In this document: positions 51,122 through 64,000 of the stretch, one piece after another
Layout: every line of letters begins with the position of its first letter
How positions within the stretch are numbered: the first letter of the stretch is position 1
From: Takakia lepidozioides
Taxonomy: Eukaryota > Plantae > Bryophyta
DNA: 64,000 nucleotides
Assembly: GCA_030704615.1 (NCBI GenBank)
Contig: CM060732.1
Span: forward strand, 52,948,001 to 53,012,000
Direction of reading: 5' to 3'
Made by a program: the position numbers and the translations under genes
Notes under the pieces: generated by a model
The model's database searches: none
Told to the model about the DNA's origin: nothing
What the model saw: the letters and a program-made list of their open reading frames with translations, nothing else

Positions 51122-51620
51122 TCAAGTGTCACAGTCATCAGAATCACTCTCGACCTCCTGTGCTATGTCATCCACAAAGATTCTGGCCCCAACACCACGT
51201 CTTCTACCACGGCCGTCAATGGGCGGACAGCGAGTGCCATGAATGGACATGCTTGTTGCGAGTGCCTCCGCATAGACAGGTTGCACGTAAGACCGAGGAG
51301 GACTTGAAAGAAGTCCAAATAGGTGTGATAGCCCACCTACCTGCCCTTGTGCCCCCTTCCCCCTACCCCTTCCTTTCCTCACACCACCAACAACATCTTT
51401 TCCCTTTGCCTTTCTACCTCTACCCAGGGTATCCTGAGCGGGAGGCTCCTTCTCTGCAAGAGTCCTCAAATTTCTATCATGAATGTCGAGGTCGGCTGCT
51501 GCGGCGGTGGCTGCTATACGCTCATTCTCTCTCCTCAAAGACACATCCTGAGCTGAGGTCTCAGAAGGAGGGCAATCCAAATACCATGGGAGTTTTGACA
51601 ACTATGGGAGTTTCGAGCAT
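51122..51620 (-). pseudogene. Middle exon of the ParB-MTase cargo gene (element 4)
   Basis: WYLDCPPSETSAQDVSLRRENE...DRNLRTLAEKEP matches WYLDCPPEHTTFQEQ (24090 ff) and YDCPKQSTPWEENVLR...RDLRLLRAKEP (7988 ff). Confidence 0.7.
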
Positions 51621-51669
51621 GCATACTGGCCCTGTTAGGCCCAATTTCACATAGAAAAACAAGCACGAA

Positions 51670-54089
51670 GGGGGCTCAAAACAGTGTGTGTTGCCGCACA
51701 CTGTTTGAGCTTCCAATAAGGATTGGATTCAACCTGCCAGAGTGGCCCCAGGGGACCGATTTTCAAATCAAAAGCAATCACATAAGGAAGCTCAAACAGT
51801 ATGCGTTGCCGCACACTGTTTGAGCTTCCAATAAAGATTGGATTCAACCTGCCAAAGTGGCCCCAGGAGACCGATTTTCACATCAAAATCAATCACATAA
51901 GGAAGCTCAAACAGTATGCGTTGCCGCACACTGTTTGAGCTTGCAATAAGGTGTGATTTTAATATGGCATAGTGGCCATAAGTGGCCAATTTGAAATAAA
52001 ATAAAAGGCAGTGAAGGGGGCTCAAACAGTGTGCGTCCGCGCACACTGTTTGAGCTTCCATTTTGGAGTCGAATGAACTTGCCAGACTAGCCGTAGGTGC
52101 ACAATTTCCATATCCATAAACAAGCAAATCAGGGGGGCTCAAACCGTGTGCGTTGACGCACACCGTTTGGGCTGCCAGGTAAGTGTGAATTGAACCTGAC
52201 AGAGATGACCTTTGTGGTCGATTCTAAATGCCAGCTGCCAGGTAAGTGTGCATTGACGCTCAAAGAGATGCCCTATGTGGCCGATTTTCAGATAAAAAAA
52301 ACAATGACATGGTGGGCTGGAACAGTGTGCGTTGACGCACACTGTTTGAGCTGCCAGGTAAGTCTGCATTGAACCTCAAATACATGCCCTATGTGGCCGA
52401 TTTTCACGTGAAAAAAACAATGACAAGTTGCCTCAAACAGTGTGCGTTGATGCACACTGTTTGAGCTGCCATGTAAATGTGTATTGAAGCTCAAAGAGAT
52501 GCTCTATGTGGCCTATTTTCAGATTAAAAAAACAATGACATGGTGGACTGGAACAGTGTGCATTGACGCACACTCTTTGAGCTGCTAGGTAAGTCTGCAT
52601 TGAACCTCAAATACATGCCCTATGTGGCCGATTTTCACATGAAAAAAACAATGACAAGTTGGGCTCAAACAGTGTGCGTTGACGCACACTATTTGAGCTG
52701 CCACGTAAGTGTGCATTGAAGCTCAAAGAGATGCCATATGTGGACGATTTTCAGATTAAAAAAATAATGACATGGTGGACTCGAACAGTGTCCGTTGACG
52801 CACACTGCTGGAGCTGCCACGTAAGTGTGCATTAAAGCTCAAAGAGATGCCATATGTGGCCGATTTTCAAAAAAAAAAAAAAAAAAAAAAAACATGGTTG
52901 GCTGGAACAGTGTGCGTTGACGCACACTATTTCAGTTGCCAGGTAAGTCTGCATTGAACCTCAAATACATGCCCTACGTGGCCAATTTTCACATGAAAAA
53001 AACAATGACAAGTTGGGCTCAAACAGTGTGCGTTGACGCACACTATTTGAGCTGCCACGTAAGTGTGCATTGAAGCTCAAAGAGATGCCTTATGTGGCCG
53101 ATTTTCAGATTAAAAAAATAATGACATGGTGTGCTCAAACAGTGTGCGTTGACGCACACTGCTGGAGCTGCCTTGAGATGCCCTAGGTGGCCGATTTTCA
53201 AGAAAAAAAAAAAAAAAAAACATGGTTGGCTGGAACAGTGTGCGTTGACGCACACTATTTGAGCTGCCAGGTAAGTCTGCATTGAACCTCAAATACATGC
53301 CCTATGTGGCCAATTTTCACATGAAAAAAACAATGACAAGTTGGGCTCAAACAGTGTGCGTTGACGCACACTATTTGAGCTGCCACGTAAGTGTACATTG
53401 AAGCTCAAAAAGATGCCTTATGTGGCCGATTTTCAGATTAAAAAAATAATGACATGGTGTGCTCAAACAGTGTGCGTTGACGCACACTGCTGGAGCTGCC
53501 TTGAGATGCCCTAGGTGGCCGATTTGCAAAAAAAAAAAAAACAAAAAAAACATGGATGTCTGCAACAGTGTGCGTTGACGCACACTGTTTGAGCTGCCAC
53601 GTAAGTCTGCATTGAACCTCAAATACATGCCCTATGTGGCCAATTTTCACATGAAAAAAATAAAGACATGTTGGGGTCAAACAGTGTGCGTTGACGCACA
53701 CTGTTTGAGCTGCCACGTAAGTGTGTATTGAGGCTAAAAGAGATGCCCTATGTGGCCGATTTTCATATAAAAAAAAACAATGACATGGTGGGTTGGAACA
53801 GTGTGCGTTGACGCACACTGTTTGAGCTGCCATGTAAGTCTGCATTGAATCTCAAATACATGCCATATGTGGCCAATTTTCACATGAAAAAAACAATGAC
53901 AAGTTGGGTTCAAACAGTGTGCGTTGACGCACACTATTTGAGCTGCCACGTAAGTGTGCATTGAAGCTCAAAAAGATGCCTTATGTGGCCGATTTTCAGA
54001 TTAAAAAAATAATGACATGGTGTGCTGAGACAGTGTGCGTTGACGCACACTGCTGGAGCTGCCTTGAGATGCCCTATGTGGCCGATTTT

Positions 54090-54123
<34 letters not shown>

Positions 54124-54659
54124 ATGTATGCCTGCAACAGTGTGCGTTGACGCACACTGTTTGAGCTGCCACGTAAGTCTGCATTGAACCTCAAATACAT
54201 GCCCTATGTGGCCAATTTTCACATGAAAAAAATAAAGATGTTGGGGTCAAACAGTGTGCGTTGACGCACACTGTTTGAGCTGCCACGTAAGTGTGTATTG
54301 AGGCTAAAAGAGATGCCCTATGTGGCCGATTTTCATATAAAAAAAAACAATGACATGGTGGGCTGGAATAGTGTGCGTTGACGCACACTGTTTGAGCTGC
54401 CAGGTAAGTCTGCATTGAACCTCAAATACATGCCCCATGTGGCCAATTTTCACATGAAAAAAACAATGACAAGTTGGGTTCAAACAGTGTGCGTTGACGC
54501 ACACTATTTGAGCTGCCACGTAAGTGTGCATTGAAGCTCAAAGAGATGCCTTATGTGGCCGATTTTCAGATTAAAAAAATAATGACATGGTGTGCTCAAA
54601 CAGTGTGCGTTGACGCACACTGCTGGAGCTGCCTTGAGATGCCCTAGGTGGCCGATTTT

Positions 54660-54697
<38 letters not shown>

Positions 54698-55510
54698 ATG
54701 GATGCCTGCAACAGTGTGCGTTGACGCACACTGTTTGAGCTGCCCCGTAAGTCTGCATTGAACCTCAAATACATGCCCTATGTGGCCGACTTTCACATGA
54801 AAAAAATAAAGACATGTTGGGGTCAAACAGTGTGCGTTGACACACACTGTTTGAGCTGCCACGTAAGTGTGTATTGAGGCTAAAAGAGATGCCCTATGTG
54901 GCCGATTTTCATATAAAAAAAACAATGACATGGTGGGCTGGAACAGTGTGCGTTGACGCACACTGTTTGAGCTGCCAGGTAAGTCTGCATTGAACCTCAA
55001 ATACATGCCCTATGTGGCCAATTTTCACATGAAAAAAAACAATGACAAGTTGGGCTCAAACAGTGTGCGTTGACGCACACTATTTGAGCTGCCACGTAAG
55101 TGTGCATTGAAGCTCAAAGAGATGCCCTATGTGGCCGATTTTCAGATTAAAAATATAATGACATGGTGTGCTCAAACAGTGTGCATTGACGCACGCTGCT
55201 GGAGCTACCACGTAAGTGTTTATTGAAGCTCAAAGAGATGCCCTATGTGGCCGATTTTCACATGAAAAAAAACAATGACAAGGTGGGCTCAAATAGTGTG
55301 CGTTGACGCACACTGCTGGAGCTGACAGGTAAGTGTGCATTGAACAACAAAGAAATGCCTATGAGGCCGATTTCCAAATGAAAAAAAGAATGACAAGGTG
55401 GGCTCAAACAGTGTGCGTTGACACACACTGCCAGAGCTGCCAGGTAAGTGTGCATTGAAGCTCAAAGAGATACCCTATAAGGCCGATTCCAAATGAAAAA
55501 AACAATGACA
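51670..55510 (+). repeat. ~116-bp satellite (~33 units) built on the palindrome CAAACAGTGTGCGTTGACGCACACTGTTTG, with a ~570-bp higher-order period
   Basis: The palindrome recurs every ~96-122 bp; the poly-A variant unit recurs at ~53564, 54136 and 54710. Confidence 0.95.
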
Positions 55511-55867
55511 AGGTGCACAACACAACCTCATTACATTCGGGGTCTTCCTGTTTACTGCTCTCTAGGGTTGTTGTCGTCTTTCCATAATTGATGGTTTCAT
55601 GTCATGTTTAGGGTTTGTTTTTCATCCAAATACAACACGGCTTCTTGTGGCTTCTTGTCACCCTAAACAGTTTTTTCTGGTTGGTGTCTCTCAGTGTGGT
55701 TGTCTGCGAAGTTCGGTGCATGTCATTCCTACATCCTTTGCAGGCATCGCCCACAGTCTTTGGGTTAGTGCTAACCTTATTGACCTCAGTTTGTTTGTGG
55801 TGGATCCCCTTTCGAGAATTACGGGCTATCAGTTCGGGGATTCCGTTGTGAATCGCAATTTTGGTCA

Positions 55868-57091
55868 GTGGAGGAAAACATGTCGAGGGAGCAAGATAGA
55901 CTCGCTCGATTTCATTCCAATGCAGGTAGTCTTCCACTGACTACCACTACAAACGACAATGGGTTTGCAGTTGTTCATGAGGATGAGCTGGTTACAGTGT
56001 TCCCGCTGGAATTGGGTTCTCTGCTTGTTCAAAAAGAGGTGTATGACGAGGATGGGAATTTGGATTCTGGGCACTTGGAGAAACCATTGGTTGGCGAGTG
56101 TGGAAGGAAGTGGAGAGTCCTTCCAGGCACATCCTGTGTCCTTGGAAAAGAGAGAAGACAATCAGCAGGATCAGTAGTTACCCTGGCACTGCAGCATCAG
56201 TCGTGCAGCAGAAGGGCACAGTTCATGTGAAACAAGAGGTGAGCACATCCACTACATTCGTGACTCTTTCAGACTCGTCCTCGGAGGATGTTTCTGAGAT
56301 TCCTCCGCCAGTGCAGACTCCCATCTTGGATGATGACGAATTGCAGGAGATAACGAGTGTCATTCCGAAATTGAAAGCCCTCGCAGGGGTGCCTGGGTGC
56401 AAGAGCGAGCTGCGTTTTGTTGATTGGGAGTCCCTTCGTGTGCAGCGGGTTCAATACGTGCCAACAAAGTTTGATGGGGACATCTTGTTTGAGCTCAACC
56501 CTCCCACGTCTTCCAGTGGACTGGCTAGGCTTCTGCAAGGCATGAACAAGAAACATGACGGACACCCTTGGTGCATGACAAAAACATCGAACATCCACAA
56601 CGACATTGGATTGAAATTTCGAAGGTCGGTTTGCGTTGGCATTGCAAGTGCGTGAATATTTCTTGCCCTCGGCTGAGAAACAGCGCTAATCGGCTGATGA
56701 CGAATCGGGTGCAAATCACAAATGCAAGATGGAATCGGCTAGAATTTTGCAGGCTCGGGTGACTCGTATCACCGAAGTCCCTGCCCCGGGGTATGGACGG
56801 ATTTACACAGTGCTGTCTATTGGCTCAATTTTTCATGGCAAAGAATATCAGGTTACCGTGGGGAATTTCCCTAAATGCACTTGTCCGGATTTTGTAACGA
56901 TGCGTGAGGGCGCTCTCGGCATGAGAGGGAAGTGGATCCTCTGCAAGCATCAATATTACATATACCTTGTAATTATGTGTTGCGACGGTAAGAGAGACCA
57001 ATTCATTCACCAAGCCACACTAGGCTACGGAGAAGTCATCACCCTTCTGCAGCGGGACACCTCACGTGGGGCTCCGCCAAATTCTCTTTGA
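55868..57091 (+). pseudogene. Internally deleted transposase (N-terminus and half of the GCM-like domain joined to SWIM; DDE core missing) (element 4)
   Basis: FDGDILFELNPP...WCMTKTSNIHNDIGLKFRRSVCVG is followed within ~100 bp by MESARILQARV...KCTCPDF...CKHQYY. Confidence 0.82.
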
Positions 57092-57329
57092 ACACATACG
57101 AGCCATGCCCGCTTCCCATGCTGGTTTCCAGGTTACCGTGTGAAGACTTTGCATTTATGACAAACACATACATTTCGTTCACGGAACCAGGGCAAATGCA
57201 CATGCCATTCATTGTAAGCGTCTATCTGTGAATTCAAATAAAGTGTGTCAATCATTCTGAGCTCAAATCTGCCATATTTTCATATTCCTCTTTTTGTGCA
57301 GGCATTGCAGACACGGTGCATGGTGGCCC

Positions 57330-57515
57330 CCTTTGTTTTGTCCACGGTAATAGGCCCTCTTCCTGCAATCCTCGCATATAGGACCTGCTTCTCCAGCAGA
57401 TTTGTGCCGCTCACGCTTCCCTGAAGTGTGAGCTCAGCTCACGCTTTGCAGCTTCAACGTGAGCTCAGCTCCCAGGCTCACGGGGCTGGGCTCACGCCGT
57501 AGCTACGCTGCTCTC
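57330..57515 (+). other. Element 4 terminus (CCACGGTAA box, GCTCACG repeats, ends CTGCTCTC)
   Basis: Same motif succession as 38920-39044. Confidence 0.6.
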
Positions 57516-58841
57516 AGGTGGGAGATTTGGAATTTCAAGTACTTTTGGTTGGGAAATTCGCAAAAATAGCAAACTGGATACATCAATATATGAAGCCTCG
57601 ATAGGGGAGATTGCGAAAATAGCAAAGTGGGCTTTGGGATTGCACTTGGACTTAGGTGACATTGGACACTGGAGGTTGCATTTGGATACATAGGAGATTG
57701 CACTTTGGCTTAGATTGCAATTCTTCACACATGGGCCAATGGCACATGCTACCCTAGATCCCCCCAAAGGGGGGGTCTCTGGATGCATAGGGGATTGCAC
57801 TTGGACTTAGATGTCATTGGACAATTGGGCCATAGACCGACCGACTTGGACCTACGGGCCGAGAATTATAGAAATATGAACAATTTTGGTCGCTGAAAAT
57901 TCAACTAGATTACAAAATTGAGTGTTGACACTGTAGGTCGCACTTGGGACTCTACATGGGAGAAGCACTTGGATACATAGGAGATTGCACTTGGGCTTAG
58001 ATGAGCCTTAATATAAGAGACAGACTTGGATATGTAGGAAAGAGCACTTGGTCTTAGATTTCAATTCTTCACAATTGGGCCAACGGCACAAGCTACCCTA
58101 GAGGTCGCACTTGGGCCTCGATGTAAGAGATGCACTTGGGGCGCTTAGATGACGCTGGACACTTGGGCCAACGGCACATGCTACCCTAGTTAAAATTTAA
58201 AAAGTAGTAGTTTCGGGAGTGAGAGTTTTGTCTCGATAAATTATCCCTTTTCTCAAGTCTATCATGGAAAGGGCCTAGTATCGGGTGAGCATAGCGTCAG
58301 GAAATCACACGCCTATAGGGTAACTTATGATATATAGGTGTTTCTTGGTCCTGTGAGGGCCTATGTGAGCATTTAAAAATAGTTTCGCAAATGTTTTAGT
58401 TTCTCAATTTTTTGTTTCGCTGTCGAATGTTGCGAAGGCATCTTAGGAATATTTAGAATATTTGCTTGTGCTCACGCGCTACTTACTCAAGCTCACCAGA
58501 GTCAGATCGCACGCATGCATTTAGTTCTTACATTGTTCCTATTGTTTTCCAAATCTTTTTGAAAGTTTTCAAATGTTCAAAGATTTTTAGCCATGCCAGG
58601 CAGTAAATTCTCTATGCTTAAACCCTAATCTAAGTTGCAGGGTCTGTCTGTAAGGGAAGGCAAGTAAGGGAATGCAAACAGGCTTGTAAGTTTATCGAAC
58701 CTGCCCTGTTGACATCTGGATAGGGGGGAAGCGATTGCTCAGTTGCCACGTGCATGATGCCACGAAGGCTGGATTCTATCTTGCGAAGGGCTGCGGACTG
58801 AAAGACTCCACTCGACTCCTTCTCTCTCGTCGACAAAATCT

Positions 58842-60660
<1,819 letters not shown>

Positions 60661-61748
60661 AGGATATGAGATGGACTTCTCTGTAAATTATGAATTGTGT
60701 ATGTTGTGATCAAGTGCCCCATTGTTATTCGTGGTTTTGTAGTGTATGTGGCTTTTACATTATGCTACTCTTGGTTGTCCAGTGTAAGTACTTGTACACT
60801 GAGTTTGTAATTTCTACTTGACATCTTGGCCCTGTAATTTATGATTTTGGATTTCATTTGGATGGCAGTCATGGGTTCTGGACAAGTACATCAAGTTTAG
60901 AATAAAATTGGAGAATTAGTCGAATGGTATACAACCTGGCTACTGGAGTCTATCATGATAACATTTGGAGACCAGAGAATGTATAGAGCTTGCATGTTGC
61001 ATGCCTTTCACAAGTGGATCATGTGTGCGGATATTCCTAAGAGGTTTCTCAGCTTCCATTGGTCTTGTTCTCTGCCGGTTGCTTATGTATCTTCATTTCA
61101 TGGAAATCCACTGACAAGGAAGCAACTCCCTCCAAACCCAGCTGAATGCATTACACTTGTCTCTAAAGAAACAAGACAGATATTAGTCTTGTAAATGTTG
61201 TTCAAGCCTAGGTGCACATTGAGCGCATGTGGTCCAAGAGGCCTTCATCATAGATCTTGCACGCATTACTCAAAAGAAAGGCTATGTCAGTTCATAGAAT
61301 CAATTTCATTACATGCCCTGTCACTTCCCGCACTACTGAAAGATATACAGGAGATGCTAAAACCTAGGTGTGCTATTCCTTTCTATGTACATGCATGCCG
61401 GTCCAGGAAAGCTGTGCAGAAGATTACTAGTTGAGATCCAAATTGGACAGGTTGGGCTCAGATTTGATCAATTACATCTACCAATTGCATAGCTTACAGC
61501 TAGCATGATGCAAGAAAGCCAAAATTTTCAGACTCAACAGTGTAATGTGACTTACAGAGGAGTCTACCTACCTACAAGGCAGGCTCAAGGGTTATGACTG
61601 CATCTATGAATGCCTACTACACAGCAGGAGTGTGTCAACTAAGAATCAACCCAAATTGTGTTGCGGCCTTTAGGTGGCCCTCCCACAAGGTGGATTTAAA
61701 GAATGGTACAAAAGTAACAATGGCATGTCAAAGTACTCTGAGAACCCA

Positions 61749-64000
61749 TCATGTCGGAGACTGACGTTGGACTTCAGGGCGCAGCTCCTCCAAGAGGCGC
61801 ACAACTTCGTCCATTTCAGGGCGGGCAGAGGGTGGGTTTGCAACACAGCGCATGGCAAGCTGTAATGCTGTCATCAGCTCTTCTTCTGAAGGTGCAGCTG
61901 CACCTTTCAACAGCTCCAAATCAAATACCTCTGCAGTCCAGTTCTCCTTCACAATTCCTGCTACATAGTCTGGCAGATCAAGGGCACCCTCTGTGGCACT
62001 CACATCTCCCGGCGCTTTACCTACAGATTCAATATTCCGTTGTGGCCATTTAGATTTCAAGACAGATTGAAAAGTAGACAAACTGTCAGTGAACACATGA
62101 TGATCAACATTTTATCAGTTTTATTTACAGCATATTCTTAGCTTCAGACAAGATTTCCTTTGTAGAGTGAGACAGCCAGCTTGTCAGGAAAACACGCAAG
62201 GCTCCCAGAGGAATACAAATTACATACCAGTGAGCAACTCGAGCAACACAATGCCAAAACTGTAGACATCTGATTTTGTTGTAGCCTTCTTCAGCTTGGT
62301 CAGCTCCGGAGCACGGTAACCAAGAGACCCAGCTGTGGCAATGACATTTGAGTTTGCAGCAGGTGTCATAAGGCGTGCTAGTCCAAAGTCTGAGATGCGG
62401 GCACTGACGACAGGCAGAGCCGAGGCATCCAGCAGAATGTTGGAGGCTGTAAGGTTGCCATGGATGATGTGTTCCACTGCATGCAGCTGCAACAGCCCAC
62501 GTGCAGCTCCTGCTGCTATCCTCATTCTTGTCTCCCAGTTTAGTGCTGTTTCCGGGCCTCTGGCTGCCATCCCAAGCCCCACCCACCTAATTCGTAAAAA
62601 CGTTGCGCATAGAATAACAGATGTGACAAGCTGTCTCAACTGTGAAACTGCAAGATGTGCAGCAACTGTACCTAAGTCCAATTCTTACAGATAGACCAGC
62701 TATCTGCTCAGTTAAAAGCCCTGTTTAAATGTTGCTGCACTACCGGAAGACATATGCTTGCATTCACATACTACAGCAAGGAAACCAGACACAAAGTAGG
62801 GGTTTCACAACAGGGTATGAGTTACCACCATGAAGGAAAGCAGCCAAGCTTCCACCAGCCATGAAATCGTAGACCAGCAGTTTTTCGTCCTTAGGGCCCC
62901 AGTAATAAGCGCGCAGAGCCAGTAGGTTGTGATGCCGAATCCTGCCCAGGGTGATCACTTCAATCTCAAATTCACGCTGGCTTTTAACAATACCCTCCCG
63001 CAACCGCTTAACTGCTATGTGGCGTCCATTCTCCAGCGTGGCTTTATACACAGTGCCGTATGTGCTCTTGCCCAGCACTTCGGCAGTAGCGCACAACAAG
63101 TCATCAGCACTGAACACCAGCGGGCCATCAAAATGCACCAGCTTTCCCCCAACCTCGCTTTCCACCTCTGGTGACTGCTCAGGCTTCGCCACACCTACGT
63201 TCCCTCTTCTGTCTTTTCGCCGCAGTAGGAGCACAAAAATGCACACAACTGCGATGCCAGCCAGCGCGCTTCCCAGCGCAACACAAATGATGGTCACAAG
63301 ACTCAGACTGCGCCGGTGACTGTGGTGTGCCGGGGGCGCTTGTATTGGAGATGAAGAAGGCGTGGGGGCAGGGGCAGGACTTGGGAGGGGACAAGAACCT
63401 AAGCCTTTGTACCCACACAGCCCAGCATTGTCCTCAAAAGAGCTGCTGTCAAATGTGTGTGGGAAGGTTGGAACAGGTCCGCTGAGATCATTGTACGAGA
63501 CGTTGAAACTTGTAAGGCTGACGAGTAGAGAGAAGGAAGCAGGAATGGAACCACTGAAGTTATTTTGCGACAAGTCGAGATAGGTCAGGCTTGACAAGTT
63601 TGCCAGCGCTGATGGGATACCGCCTGATATGTTGTTGCTGCCCACATTCAACACCTGCAAGCTGCGCACACTTCCTAGGGCCGAGGGGAGAGAGCCTACC
63701 AGCTCATTGTGTGCAAGATTGAGGTCAGTGAGTAAAGAGAGGTTGCCAAGCCCAGTGGGTACGCTGCCTGATATGATATTCCTGCTTACGTCCAGCTGCT
63801 GCAACTTCGACGGGGCTGCCCAATTGGCAGGCAAGTTCCCTGTCAGCTTGTTATTAGCCAAACTCACATTGGTAAATGCCCTACTGCTGGCCCATTCCGC
63901 TGGGAACGGGCCACTCAAGTTATTGAAGCTGAGGTTGATGCGGGCCAGCTTAGCAGCACTACCAAGGTCAGGAGGAAGCCTCCCTGTCAAACGATTCTTG
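61749..64000 (-). CDS. LRR receptor-like kinase, IMK2/IMK3-like (5' end outside the window)
   Basis: Plant LRRs, TM helix, [64 protein letters not shown]; introns at ~62565-62825 and ~62022-62227. Confidence 0.93.

Noticed and set aside
51670-55510. CRISPR array, or proteins from the many short ORFs
   Set aside because: Whole units repeat, so there are no unique spacers; the ORFs are translations of the satellite.

Overview
Land-plant nuclear DNA (spliceosomal introns; probably a non-seed plant). Three ordinary genes flank a ~53 kb nested transposon island (~4.9-58.5 kb). These are a DHHC S-acyltransferase (87-2979, -), a WCRKC thioredoxin-like gene (58842-60660, +) and an IMK2/3-like LRR receptor kinase (61749->64000, -). 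The island holds a Ty3/gypsy chromovirus family (four LTRs, TSDs TATTC and ACTAA) and other LTR-retroelement debris. It also holds several divergent, decayed copies of an unusual Mutator-like DNA transposon. In that element a GCM-like/DDE/SWIM transposase gene sits head-to-head with an intron-containing gene fusing a ParB/Srx-type domain (WDGNHR) to a bacterial-type beta-class N4/N6 amino-methyltransferase domain (motif IV reads DIPDG). Homologous introns of this cargo gene carry palindromes with a shared core, CGTTGACG, but subfamily-specific arms. In one copy the palindromes are amplified into a ~3.8 kb satellite. This ParB-MTase plus palindrome module is the best candidate for an undescribed system. 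All copies here are frameshifted or truncated, and domain calls come from motif recognition, not database searches.
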